Assembly: GCA_015680685.1 (NCBI GenBank)
Contig: MNCI01002587.1
Span: 1-64,000 of the forward strand
DNA: 64,000 bases
DNA from: Gnetum montanum
Taxonomy: Eukaryota > Plantae > Gnetophyta
Reading direction: 5' to 3'
Of this stretch, positions 52,790 to 64,000 are shown piece after piece. Each line of letters starts with the position of its first letter. Within the stretch, counting starts at the first letter, position 1. A program made the translations under genes and the position numbers. Under the pieces are notes generated by a model that made no database searches, was not told the DNA's origin, and saw only the letters and a list, made by a program, of their open reading frames with translations.

Positions 52790-53135
52790 GGCAACAAGCA
52801 ACATCCACTACGACATTAAATTGACGGCAACAAGCAACATCCGCTATGATGTTAAACTGGCGACAACAAGCAGCGTCCGCTATGATGTTAAACTGGTGAC
52901 AACAAGAAGCGTCCACTATGACATTAAAATTTTGGCAATAAGTAGCATCTACTATGATGTTAAAAAGGAGGCAACAAGCAGCAACTGGCATAGATAGTCT
53001 ACTATGACTATAAATTTGCACAGCACGTCCGCTATGATGTTAAAATAGCATGTACGATCTGCTAGGACCTTAAGCCAGCATAGCATCCTGTTGGGACCCT
53101 AAACTAGCACATAGTCTACTAGGACCTTAAATTGG
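52790..53135 (+). repeat. 36-bp tandem array after integrase, decaying into shorter units
   Basis: Unit like GCAACAAGCAGCGTCCGCTATGATGTTAAACTGGCG. Confidence 0.85.
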
Positions 53136-54220
53136 ATTTGTGTCACATCCCTAGCATGCATCTGCACCAAGTACATATCGGACGAGCATGCACAGTGCTG
53201 ATGTGGAGGTGGGATGTTGCAGCTCTAGAACGTAGTTCACGATCCAATGGGAACACGATATGGAATGTACGCGATGCCACCACCCTTGGCATCATATTGA
53301 CCCTCTAGAAATGTTGTATGACATCGCATTAGCCCTCCAAACCTACCATCCCCATGGCCCGCCACCCTGATGGTAGTTCCTTGGCTAGTGCCCTCCGCTA
53401 GAGTTCCAGTAGTATTTTGGCCTAGCCAAAATATTGCTAACCTTCAAGCCCTTGCCAATGCCTCAAATCAAATGATGTTTAGCTATGTGGTAGCTGATCC
53501 CATAGCTGAATTGAGAATGCATGCTTTTGGTAGGGATTCCAGAGCATCCGCACTCACAGCAACTCTTGACACCTTTGATGCCAACTCCACCACACCGGTG
53601 GTACCAAGGCTGCTGCTGGCCTTCCTACTTTGGACATCGTGCACTAGCACGGAATTTCCAAGAGATTTAATAATGTTTACAGAAAGTAACACCTTTGCCC
53701 TCACTTTGCATCATGGCTATTTTGCTCTCCATCACGCTTACAGGGTGCATTCGAAAGTAGGTCTTGCCACAACAGCAAATGCTACAGTGTCGCGAAGTGA
53801 GTGCCTCAACTAGCTTAGCTACTTCAGAGTGCAAATTCCATGATGTGTGTAACACAACTCACCACATGGGAAGCATCTATAGGCAGGTAAGAACTACACA
53901 CGGATGTAACACAACTCGTCCTAGGGAAAAAATGCCTGTCCTACAAGAGCTCGAAGGTCAGCGAAAGTAAAGATGAAAACATGAATGACTCCCTCATGAG
54001 CACTCCGATGAGGGACTTTGCTAAGCCTCATCTTTACCCTTTTTCCTGAACCTCCTTCCTCCCTGCTTCACCCTTTCCCCCTGCAAAAACCAATGCAACA
54101 CTCTTAAGTATAGCCAAGTGACGTCTTGATGATCACTGAGTAGCAATGTTAGCATTGTATCTTTCGTACTGTTTCATATTCTTTGTCAATGTTTCTCGAG
54201 CCCATCCTCCAAACGTCGAT

Positions 54221-54233
54221 AAATAGGGGCCAA
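54221..54233 (+). promoter_or_regulatory. polypurine tract of element E
   Basis: AAATAGGGGCCAA before LTR TG. Confidence 0.85.
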
Positions 54234-55943
54234 TGAAACACCCCAAAATTCAAAGACATGCTTGTTTCACCTGGTCTTTGCAATTCACGCAATGTTATGG
54301 TGTTTCTTTAGGAGATGGATGCTCTGATGTTTAGACTATCCACTTCAGCAAGTTTTGTACCCCAGGTGTCAATAGGCTAAATGGATTCTCCAGCCTTCCC
54401 CCCTGAGTAGTTCATCTAGCGAATAGCGCACTTAGGAGTAATGCGTGGAATTGTTGGCAGTGCTCAGAACGCGCAAAACGCTTCAACAAGTTTTCTAAGT
54501 CAAGGAGTTTTTCTACACTACACTACGCTACGTAGCGTAGAAAACTTCAGAAGATGTTTGCAGAAGTGTAGTGCTACACTATGATATTCCATGCAGCATA
54601 GTACAGCATAGCAAAAAACTAGATGATTAGTCCCCTTGACTTCAAGTCCTTCAGCAATGTCTCCTTCTGTCAGAAAGCAACGAACTTGGCAGAAAGTAGG
54701 CCATGTTTCCTGCTATGCTACGCTAAGCTACATGGCGCAGCGAGGTGTAGCAATTTTGCGAAAGTGACATAAGGCATCTCAGAGGGTAGGATCAGCAAGT
54801 TCTCGAGCTTCGCAGTGCAAAAGGCAAAGTTTGTAGATTGGCAACATTCTCTGCAACTAAGGATAACTACTATGCTATGATACACTATGTAGCGTAGCAA
54901 ATATGCAATAAATAATCAGTGCAGTTCAAAAGGTCTCCAATACATGCAGCAAGACACAACACAAATTTTTTACTTTGAAATGGTGGCTACACTACACTGC
55001 ATAGTGCAGCATAGCGTAACAAGATGCTATGCTACGCCAAACATGCTACGCTACAAAGTATAGCATAACGTGGCAAGAAATTATTCTACATCAATGCACT
55101 TCACCTAATTGCACCATTGCTCTGACAGCGTAATTACAGCATTGCAGGCTCACAAGTATGGCATGGTAGGCTCGTAGTTACAATGGTCATGCATGTCCAA
55201 CGTTCATGCATGCCCATGTAGCATAGACAGGTCAACATAAGCCTAAGGCACGTGGCGTCCAAACTGCAACTTTTTCACCCCCTTTGTCCTATAAATACCC
55301 CAATGAGGAACACTCGAGAGGTCCCCAAGAGGTCGGTTCCTTTTTGGCATTTTTGGTCAACTAACAATTTTTTTGGCTGACAAGCAAAAAAAAAAAGGTT
55401 AGCACTGTAACCTTGAGCATTGTAAGCTTTCTGTTTGACATTGTAAACAGTTAGCACTCTCAGTTGGCATTCTGCTCTGCTCTTTTCTACCACCTTGATA
55501 GCACTTCACATTGTTAATGCCTGAGTCCATGTTTAAGCACATAGTCATCTTTCTCTACATGTCTTGGTTACTCTTAGGATCTCTGCACTTCTCAGTGCTG
55601 TGCAACTGATTGTATCCACCTTGATAGAGTGAAGTCAAAGCTTCGAAGAGATGCATTTTTCTAATTGCATTTTACTTTGTCTACTACTTATTATTGCATT
55701 TTACACTATTTTTTGTCTCTTTTACATTTAAGCATTACTTCGCGCTATTAGTCTTACTTTCAAATCACACGTTGAAAAAGGTTATATTAACACCGACTAA
55801 GCCCCTGTCTGATCAACCAGACCATTCAAGGTGCCCCATTTCTGCTCCATCCAGCACGACCATCCTACAGAAATCAAGTTAAGGCTATCAACGACCGATG
55901 ACCTCTCTATGTTTTCCAGTTGTCGATGTTTTCAATCGCTCCA
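54234..55943 (+). repeat. 3' LTR of element E
   Basis: Collinear with the 5' LTR; TATA CCTATAAATA near 55288; followed by TSD TTAGC. Confidence 0.95.
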
Positions 55944-56062
55944 TTAGCTAGGTACGACCACCCACAAACAATGGTAATAATGTCTTCCACTAGGTCTAAT
56001 GGGATAGTGATGAACTAGTTAGCCAACTCTAGATGGATGTTGCTCTTTTTCAATGAAGGTAG
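55944..56062 (-). pseudogene. 119-bp protease fragment of the Athila-like host between E and F
   Basis: Minus strand LPSLKKSNIHLELAN*FITIPLDLVEDIITIVCGWSYLA reads on in frame into NFLVIHVNNGKGDFPII at 37661 and below once E is removed. Confidence 0.85.
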
Positions 56063-57640
56063 TGTAGCGACTGAAAACGTCATTGGGTAGAAAAGAACGC
56101 TGACGGGTCGTCGGCCGTTGGTAGTCTTGAGCTCGTTTCCGCAGGAGGGCCGTGCTGGATGGGATGGAAACGGGGCACCCTGAAGAGTCTGGTCAATCAG
56201 ACAGGGACTTAATTGGTGTTAATATAACCTTTTTCAATGTGTAATTTGAAAACGAAACTGATGTCTCGAAGTAATGCTTGAATGTAAAAGAGGCAGAAAA
56301 TAGTGTAAAATGCAACAATAAGAAAGAGACAAAGTAAAATGCAGTTAGAGAAATGCAATCGGTTTCTCTGTTAAGATGGATACAATCGGTTGCACAGTGC
56401 TAGGAAGTGCAGAGATCCCAAGGGTAACCAAGATGTGTAGAGCGAGAGGGCTGTGTGCTTGAACGCGAACTCAGGCGTTAAGAATGCGAAGTGCTACCAA
56501 GGTGGTAGGAAAGAGCAGAATAGAATGCCAAATGAGAATGCTAACTATTTATAATGTTGAAACATGAAGCTTACAATGCTCGAGGTTACAGTGCTATCTT
56601 GCTTGCTTGTTAGCCAACAAAATTGTTAGCCGACTAGACTGCTCAGAAAACCAGAATTGAAAGTGCGGAAAGAGAGCCTGAGTGCCTGATGCTCTTAATA
56701 GTTAGAGTGTCCCAGTGCCTGAAGGAGTCAAAGATATCTAGAGTTTAAGCATCGCTCATTGGGGTATTTATAGGACCAAGGGCACGCGAGAGATGCAGTT
56801 TGGACACCACGTGCCTTGGGCATATGTTGACTTGTCTGTGCTGCACGTGCCTACACGACCATTGGGCAAGCCTAACACACCGTAATTACAAACCTACCAC
56901 ATTGTAATTATGCTGTCACATAACTACTCACTACATCTTGTCATGATTTATAGTAGAGCACTTAGCATAGCATAGCATCTTGTCACACTATGCTACGCTA
57001 CGCAGCGTAGCGTAGTGTAGCCGTCAATTTGAAGTAAGAAACTTGCATTGTGTCCTACCGCATGCATTAGAAACCTTTGGAGTGTACTAATTTTTTGTCG
57101 CATTTTTGCTATGCTATGCTACACTACGTAGCATATTGTAGTGTAGCAACTGGTCTTAGTCGCAAAAAGCATCGCCCATATACAAACTTTATCTTTTGCA
57201 CTGTGAAACTTGCAAACTTGCTGATCCTGCCCTTCGAGTTGCCCTCTGTCAATTTCGTAGAATTGTTATGCCTCGCTACACCTTGTATCTTAGTGTAGTG
57301 TAGCAGCAAACATGATTTGATTTTTCCAAGTTCGTCTCTTTCTGATGGAAGGAGACATTGCCGAAGGACTTGAAGTTAGGCGAGGGGGCTGACCGTCTAG
57401 CTTTTGCTACGCTATGCTACACCGCATAGCAAAGCATAGCATAGCACTGTGCTTCTACAAACATCTTTTGAAGTTTGCTAGCTACACAACATAACGTAGC
57501 AAGACTTCTTGACTTAGAGAACTTGCTAAAGCAGACAATCTGAAAATTAGAGCATCCATCTCCTGAAGAACTACTTCAACATTGCATGAATTACAAAGGC
57601 TTGGTGAAGTAGGCATGCCTTCGAATTTTGGGATGTTTCA
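56063..57640 (-). repeat. 3' LTR of element F
   Basis: Minus strand TGAAACATCCCAAAATT ... AGTCGCTACA; PPT AAAGAGGGGCCAA at 57641-57653. Confidence 0.9.
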
Positions 57641-58639
57641 TTGGCCCCTCTTTGTCAATGTTTGGAGGATGGGCTCAAGAGATGTTGACAAAGAAAACAA
57701 AACACCATGGAAGACATGACGCTGACGTTGTCACTCGGTGATTATCGAGACGTCGCTTGGCTACACTTGAGAGTGTTGCATGGGAAGGAAAATGTGAAGC
57801 AGGGAGGAAGGAGGCATAGGAGAAGGAAAAAGATGAGGTTTATTCGAATCTCTCATCAGAGTGCTCATGAGGGAGTCGTGTGCATTTTCATCTTTGCTTT
57901 CATTGACCTTCGACCTCCCATAGGACATGTGTCATTCCTAGGATGAGTTATGTTACATCCGTGTAGGGTTTCAACTTGCCTACAAATGCTTTCCATGCAA
58001 CGAGTTGTGTTACACATGTCATGGATTCACACTGATGTTTTCCATACAGTGAGCTATGTTATGCACATCATGGGAGTTTCACTCTGAAGTAGCTAGGCTA
58101 GTCAAGGCACTCACTTCATGATTCTATAGCATTTGCTGTTGTAGCAAGATGTACCCTTGGTTGGAAAGGGCAAAGGTATTGCTGACTACAGAAAGCATGG
58201 AGGAACTAGCCTCAAAGGAGCGAGGCATTACTATGAGTGCGAATGCTTTAGAATCCCTGCCAAGGGCATGCATTCTCAGTTCAGCTATGGGATCAGCCAC
58301 AACATATCCAAACACCACTGGCAGGGGGCTGGAGGATAACAATATTGTGGCTAGGCCACAATAGTGCTGGAACTCCAGCAGTAGGCACTGACTTGGGAGC
58401 TACTGTCAGGGTGATGGGCCGTGCCAACGGTAGGTCCAGGGGGCCAGTGCAATGTCATAAGACATCTCCGGAGGGTCAACAAAATGCCAAGGATGATGGC
58501 ATTGCATACATTCTAGAGCATGTCCCCATTGCATTGTGAACTATGTTCTGGAGCTGCAATGTCCCACCTGCACATCAGCATTATGCATGCTCGTTTGATG
58601 TGTACTTGGCGTAGATGCATGCTAGGGACGTGACATGAA

Positions 58640-59150
58640 CCCAGTTTAAGGTCTTGATAGACTGTGTGCTAGTTTAGAGTCCCAATGGACTGCCTTACTA
58701 GTTTAAGGTCCTAATAGACCGTACATGCTAGTTAAATGTCATGGTAGATGTGTCATGCCAGTTTATAGTCATAGCGGACTAGCTGTGCCAGTTTTATGTC
58801 GTAACGGATGGTTTCTGCTAGTTTATCGTCATAGCGGACGCTACTCGCTGCCACTAGTTTAACATCATTGCAGATGCTGATTGATGTTTTTTGTAGTTTA
58901 ACATCATAGCAAACGATGCTTGGTGTCATTACCAGTTTAACGTCGTAGCAGATGGTCTTCGATGCCACTAGTTTAACATCATTGCAGATGCTGCTCTATG
59001 CCGCTAGTTTAATGTCATTGTTGATGCTACTCGATGCCACTAGTTTAATGTCATTATGGACGTTGCTCAGTGCTGCTAGTTTAACTTCATTGCAGACACT
59101 ACTCATTGCCACTATTTTAATGTCATTGTAAACACTACTTGGTGTCCTCA
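58640..59150 (-). repeat. ~36-bp tandem array after the integrase of F (more units than in E)
   Basis: Repeated CTAGTTTAAYRTCAT on the plus strand. Confidence 0.85.
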
Positions 59151-59154
59151 TGCT

Positions 59155-62100
59155 TCAGATGTAGTATGGCTTGAGGTATGAGTGATTCATCAGGTTGGTG
59201 AACTCATTGCCGTCCATATCGACTAGCTTGAAGGCTCCATTCCCAAAGGAATAAGTGACCATGTAATGACCTTCCCAGTTGGCTGAGAATTTTCTCACAT
59301 GCTCATGGACAGCCTTAAGGATGAGGTCTCCCTTCTGTACTGGCCGTCGATGCGGGTTTGCATGGTGCTTTTGTTGTTGCTTACTCTGGTAGTGCTCTAT
59401 GCATTTCAGCTTCCATGTGCACTCCTCTTCTATTGAGTCGAGGTCGATGATCCATGACTCGTTGTTTTGGGCTTCACTTACGATACCTAAGAGGATCATC
59501 TGGAGTAATGGTACGTGCAACTCAATAGGCAACACAACTTCAGATCCATAACCAAGGCTGTAAGGAGTCTTACTTGTCATGGTTCTACATGTTGTTCTAT
59601 AGGCCCATAGAACGTAGAGGATTTGCTTGTGCCACCACCTCTTGCTGTTGCCAAGCATCCACTTTAGCAAGTTGATGATGGACTTATTTGTAGCTTCCAC
59701 CTGTCCATTCGCCTAAGGGTAATACAGGGAGGAGAATGATTACCTGATGCCTAGGTTCCTGTAGAGGGTTCAGATTTCCGTACTATTGAACTATGGCCCA
59801 TTTTCAGTTACAATAGTCATTGGAAGCCCAAACCTTGTCACGATGTTGTCCAGGATGAAGTTGTAGATTTGCTGAGACATCGTTTTCGTTAGGGGAATGG
59901 CTTCCACCCACTTAGTAAAATACTCAGTGGCAGTGATAATGAAGCTATGCCCTGCAGAGGACTTAGGCGTGATAGGTCCTATGAGGTCTAGTCCCCATTG
60001 TTGGAAAGGCCATATGATTTGCATTGGATGGAGGTCTGTAGGTGAGACATGTATGAGATTTGCGTATCTCTGGCATGTGTCACATGTTTTGACTTTTGAC
60101 AAGCAGTCGCACTCCATGTAAGGCTAATAGTACCCTAGGCATCTGATTTTTGTAGCCATAGCCCTGGGTGCTATGTGTCCACCGCACAGCCCCTCATGCA
60201 CTTCATTAACTACCTTCTATGCCTACTCCCCACCCACACATGCCAGCAATATCTCGTCATAGGAGCATTGGCACAGGGCATCATTCCCCATGAGCGTATA
60301 TTTTTGGGCACACTTTTAGATCGCATCTCTCTAAGTAGATATCAGTCCACTTGGGGGTTCGCCATGTTGCAAGTAGGCTTTAATATTAGCGTACCACTCC
60401 TGGGTATCCATGACACTGATAGAGCCCACATGTCCCACTTGATTGATAGGCTTAGTACATTTGACAATTGCAATCAGCAGACTTGTGAACGAGTGTGGTG
60501 GAACATTTAATGCAATGGTGGCTAAGGCATCTACCATGGTGTTCTCATTGCATGACACATATTTCACATCTATGGTTGCAAATTACTTAAGCATGCTTTC
60601 TTCTAGGTCATAGTAGGGTTGTAGGTGTGTAGCTTTGTAGGCATAGACTTCGGTGATTTGATTCACAACTAGTTGTGAATCACCACGGATTGCAAAGTGT
60701 TGTATGCGCAATGCTTGGGCAGCTAAGAGGCCTCCTAGTAGCCCCTCATACTCTGCCACATTGTTGGTGTAGGGGAACATAAAATGATAAGAAAATGAAT
60801 GCATTTCCCTAGAGGGAAACGTAATGACAGCATCTGCGCTACCTCCTCACGCGGTTGAAGGATCGTTGAAGTGTAGAGTAGCTCCTAGGTGCGATGGAAC
60901 GATGTTGATAATGCCAACATGTTCGTCTGGGAATTCGGGATCTATGGTTGTGTGGTTATCGATGGGTGAGGCTATAAGTTGCATTGCTATGGCTTGACCC
61001 TTAGTTGATGACTGGCTTACATAATGTAGGTCGAACTCCGCGGTTATTACTTTCCATCAGGCTATCCTGCTGCTTTCATACAGGTTGTTAGTGATAGCCC
61101 ATAGTATGTTGCTTTTGCAAATGATGTTGACTGCATTATGAAATAGATAGTGCCTCCATTTTTTAGCACAAACACTAAGGCAAGGAAATTCCTCTCCACT
61201 TTGTTGTATTTTGCCTCATGTGCTATTAATGCATGACTCAGGTAGTACACTAGTATCTCAGATCCATCGTCTCATTTCTGACATAGCAGTGCTGCGATAG
61301 ATGTGTTGGAGGTGGAAAGGTAGATGAAGAAAGGCTTATTCCTCTATGGCGGATGCACAATTGGGAGGTGCGAAAGCTCTTCCTTCGAGTCATCGAAGTC
61401 TCAATGACATTGGGTTGTCCACTTGAAGTTAACCCCTTTCTTTAGAAGATGTTGCATGGGATGTAACTTGTCAGTCAACTTTGCTATAAACCTTTCGATG
61501 AATTGTACCCTACCTTGCAAGCCACATAACTCCTTAAGGTTTGTAGGAGGTACCAAGTTGATGATGTCCTTGACTTTGTCAGGGTCCACCTTTATTCCGA
61601 CCTTCGATACTACAAACCCTAACATGCGTTCGATTTTCACACCAAAGACATACTTCTTAGGATTAAGGCATAGATCATGCATTTGGCAACATTTAAGGAC
61701 TACCCCTAGATCACATGGGTGATCAACTACCTCCTTGGACTTGACTGCTATATCATCCACGTAGTTATTTAATGTTTCTAGGATGTAGTCGCTGAAGATG
61801 TAGGTCATGGCTCGCTAGTAGGTTGCTCTAGCGTTCTTGAGCCCAAAAGGCATCATGGTGTAACAGAAGGTACCCCATGGGGTCATGAAGGTTGTTGCTA
61901 GCTGATGCTCTGGATTGATGCAAATTTGGTTGTAGCTAGAAAAGCCATCCATGAAGGATAACAGAGCATGACCAGCCATAGTGTCGATGAGTTGTTCGAT
62001 GCTTGGAAGTGGAAAATCATCTTTGATCATTGCTTTGTTCAGATCCCAGAACTCTATACAGATTTGTGTTCCTCCCATTTTCTTAGAAACCAAGACGATG

Positions 62101-62673
62101 TTGGACACCCATTCCAAATAATCAACTGCGCGGATGAAACCAGCTTCGTATAGCTTGGTGATTTTGTCCTTTATGGCTAGTGCAATTTCTGGTTTAACTT
62201 TACGAGCCTTCTACTTGATTGCCTTCATGCGTGGGTCTAGGATGATGTTATGGTGTATCAACCTTGGATCTAAACCTGACATATCACTGTACAACCATGC
62301 GAAGACTTTGACGTTGTCTTGCAGAATCTTGGCTACATTTTCATGCGTTTGCACATCTAGGAGGGAGCTAAACTTTAACATTTTTACTTCTCCCTTGGAT
62401 GTGGTCATAAGCATCTTAATGAGAGGGTCCTCAGTTGCATCCCCAATCTCTAGATCAAGGGTTCAAATTAGATGCTCGGGCCATTCTAGGGATGCTTCTA
62501 AAGATGCTATGGTACTAGCTGTGGTCGACCCCTAGTTGATTAGGTCTGGGTTCAATTGTCTCGCAAGCTTTTCATGTGGACCTGCTAGGGCTAAAGATGT
62601 GGAGAGATCACGATGGATTTCCATTTCTTCGCTTAACCTATCAAAACGAGATGAAAGCCTATTTAAGAGGCAC
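59155..62673 (-). pseudogene. pol: pol of element F: RT, RNase H, aRH, integrase
   Basis: ORFs 61815-62117, 61401-61808 (YVDD), 60583-60804 (TNNVAEYEGL..GDSQLVVNQ), 59791-60117, 59155-59700. Confidence 0.95.
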
Positions 62674-63360
62674 CTATTGGTAGCGATCGTGTATAACAAA
62701 AACTTGCAAAGCAATGATGAGATGTAACTAGTGAAGTATGATGTAGTGATTGAAATGTTTCTAGTTTAAAGTCATGGTAGACCATTATGGCATGGAGATG
62801 CAGAGTAGCTAAAATAGGAAATGTAAAATTTTCGATGTGAAAATGTGATGCTGCTAGTTTAGCATCATTGCGGACTACGAAGGTATAATACATCAAAACA
62901 TGCTAGTCTAAGGTCTTTTCGAACAATGGAAGTTGCAACTGCACTGGAGTTTTCTAGTTTAAGGTCTTTTCGAACCAGTAAGAGCACGACTATGCTATGA
63001 TTGCTAGTTTAAGATCTTTCCGAACAACAGATAATCAAAAATATATTTTTTTCATTTTTTGGGAAAGTAAGTAGTTAGCTTGGAGCATGTCAAGGTTTTA
63101 ATGCTAACAGTGCTACGATGGCATGGCAAGCATGCTACGTTGTATGGTGCACTTTGCATTAAATGGAGGGAGAGAGCAGCAAGTTTTCCCTTTTGACCAT
63201 TACAGCCATAAATAGGGATTATATCTTGGTAAGCTTGTCATTCTCACCATAAGAGCGTAGGGCCCATACTCAGAGCACAAGGCAATTTCAGAGCGATTGT
63301 GCTAATAGCAAGCAAGGCGATTTTCTACATAGCAACAAGGAAAAGAAATCTACAAGTAGG

Positions 63361-64000
63361 ATGATGGCTCTGAAGAAGGAACACATGCATTTAGTGCTTG
63401 CAAAGGTTAAGGAGGTGAAGCAAACCCTAGGGCACATGACATAAGCATGCATCACGGTGCGAAAGGACACGCCATTGACTCGGTAGGTTACTATGCTTTC
63501 TCTATTTTTCCATGATTCTATTATCATTTTTTCTTGCTTCTATTATTCTCTGCTTTTATTTTACATCCTATTCTTAGCCACCTGTGTTTTTTGTCATCGC
63601 ATTGTTTTGGCTTTTGCATCACCGTTGTTGCCATTTTGGCCACGGTGAGTGCATAAACGTTACGCCATTGTTGCATGCAAGGTGGCTTAAACCGCCACCA
63701 CCGCAATTGTCATAATCATGGGGGTTTAGGAAGTTTAAGTTACTTGGCTTTTGAATGGCGTGATGTAGGACTTGGAGGAGGGTTGGTCCATGCGTGATGT
63801 GATAGTGCAACACGTGTTCTATCAGGGTGTATTGTTAATCACTCTATTAGGGTTAATTGCTATATTGCTACGCTAGCACTTTCATGTTCTCGCTATGCTA
63901 TGTGCAGGAGGAGGGTTATGCTACTCTATATGCATGAACTCCTAGGTGTTTCTACGTTGCATGTGTATTGCACTTAGACATGATGCTAACACTTTCTAGT
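63361..64000 (+). pseudogene. 5' end of the antisense extra gene in element F (exon 1, intron, microexon)
   Basis: MMALKKEHMHLVLAKVKEVKQTL matches E MAPKKEHTHLALAKVEEVKKTL; donor AG|GTTACT at 63487; TGCAG|GAGGAGG|GTTATG at 63908-63914. Confidence 0.65.

Larger units (their letters stand above)
37667..55943 (+). mobile_element. Element E: structurally complete 18.3-kb Tat-clade Ty3/gypsy retrotransposon (RT-RH-aRH-INT order as in Ogre/Retand), coding regions decayed
   Basis: Paired ~1.71-kb TG..CA LTRs, TSD TTAGC at 37662-37666 and 55944-55948, PBS, PPT, all domains present. Confidence 0.95.
56063..64000 (-). mobile_element. Element F: second copy of the E family, inverted, running off the window
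   Basis: LTR, PPT, 3' UTR, pol and the start of the antisense gene are all reverse-complement homologs of E ~47900-55943. Confidence 0.95.

Noticed and set aside
52710-53021. Cys-rich repeat ORFs on both strands (also 58753-58968)
   Set aside because: Translation of the 36-bp tandem array; no independent coding evidence
55944-56062. Assembly fold-back artefact explaining the E/F palindrome
   Set aside because: Arms are substantially diverged with indels, E has its own TSD, and the spacer is in-frame host protease

Overview
The window is plant heterochromatin-like DNA made almost entirely of old, nested LTR retrotransposons riddled with C>T/G>A stops. I found no intact host gene, RNA gene or CRISPR array. 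It contains six Tat-clade Ty3/gypsy pieces: A 1-8472 (+), B 8473-~18073 (+), C ~18074-23540 (-), D ~23545-25385 (+), E 37667-55943 (+, complete, TTAGC target-site duplication) and F 56063->64000 (-). It also holds a SIRE-like Ty1/copia fragment (25386-~30250, -) and an Athila-like gypsy (31916-37666 plus 55944-56062, -) into whose protease both E and F inserted, 119 bp apart and in opposite orientation. The standout is element E. Its gag-protease and RT-RH-aRH-INT blocks are separated by ~5.8 kb ending in a splice-acceptor-like site conserved in B, E and F. Inside this interval, on the opposite strand, lies a degenerate but phase-consistent ~10-exon gene (44116-48539, ~1050 codons, including a candidate 7-nt microexon). 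Relative B carries a ~190-bp periodic palindromic array in the same slot. All analysis was by eye; coordinates marked approximate are approximate, and no database searches were run.
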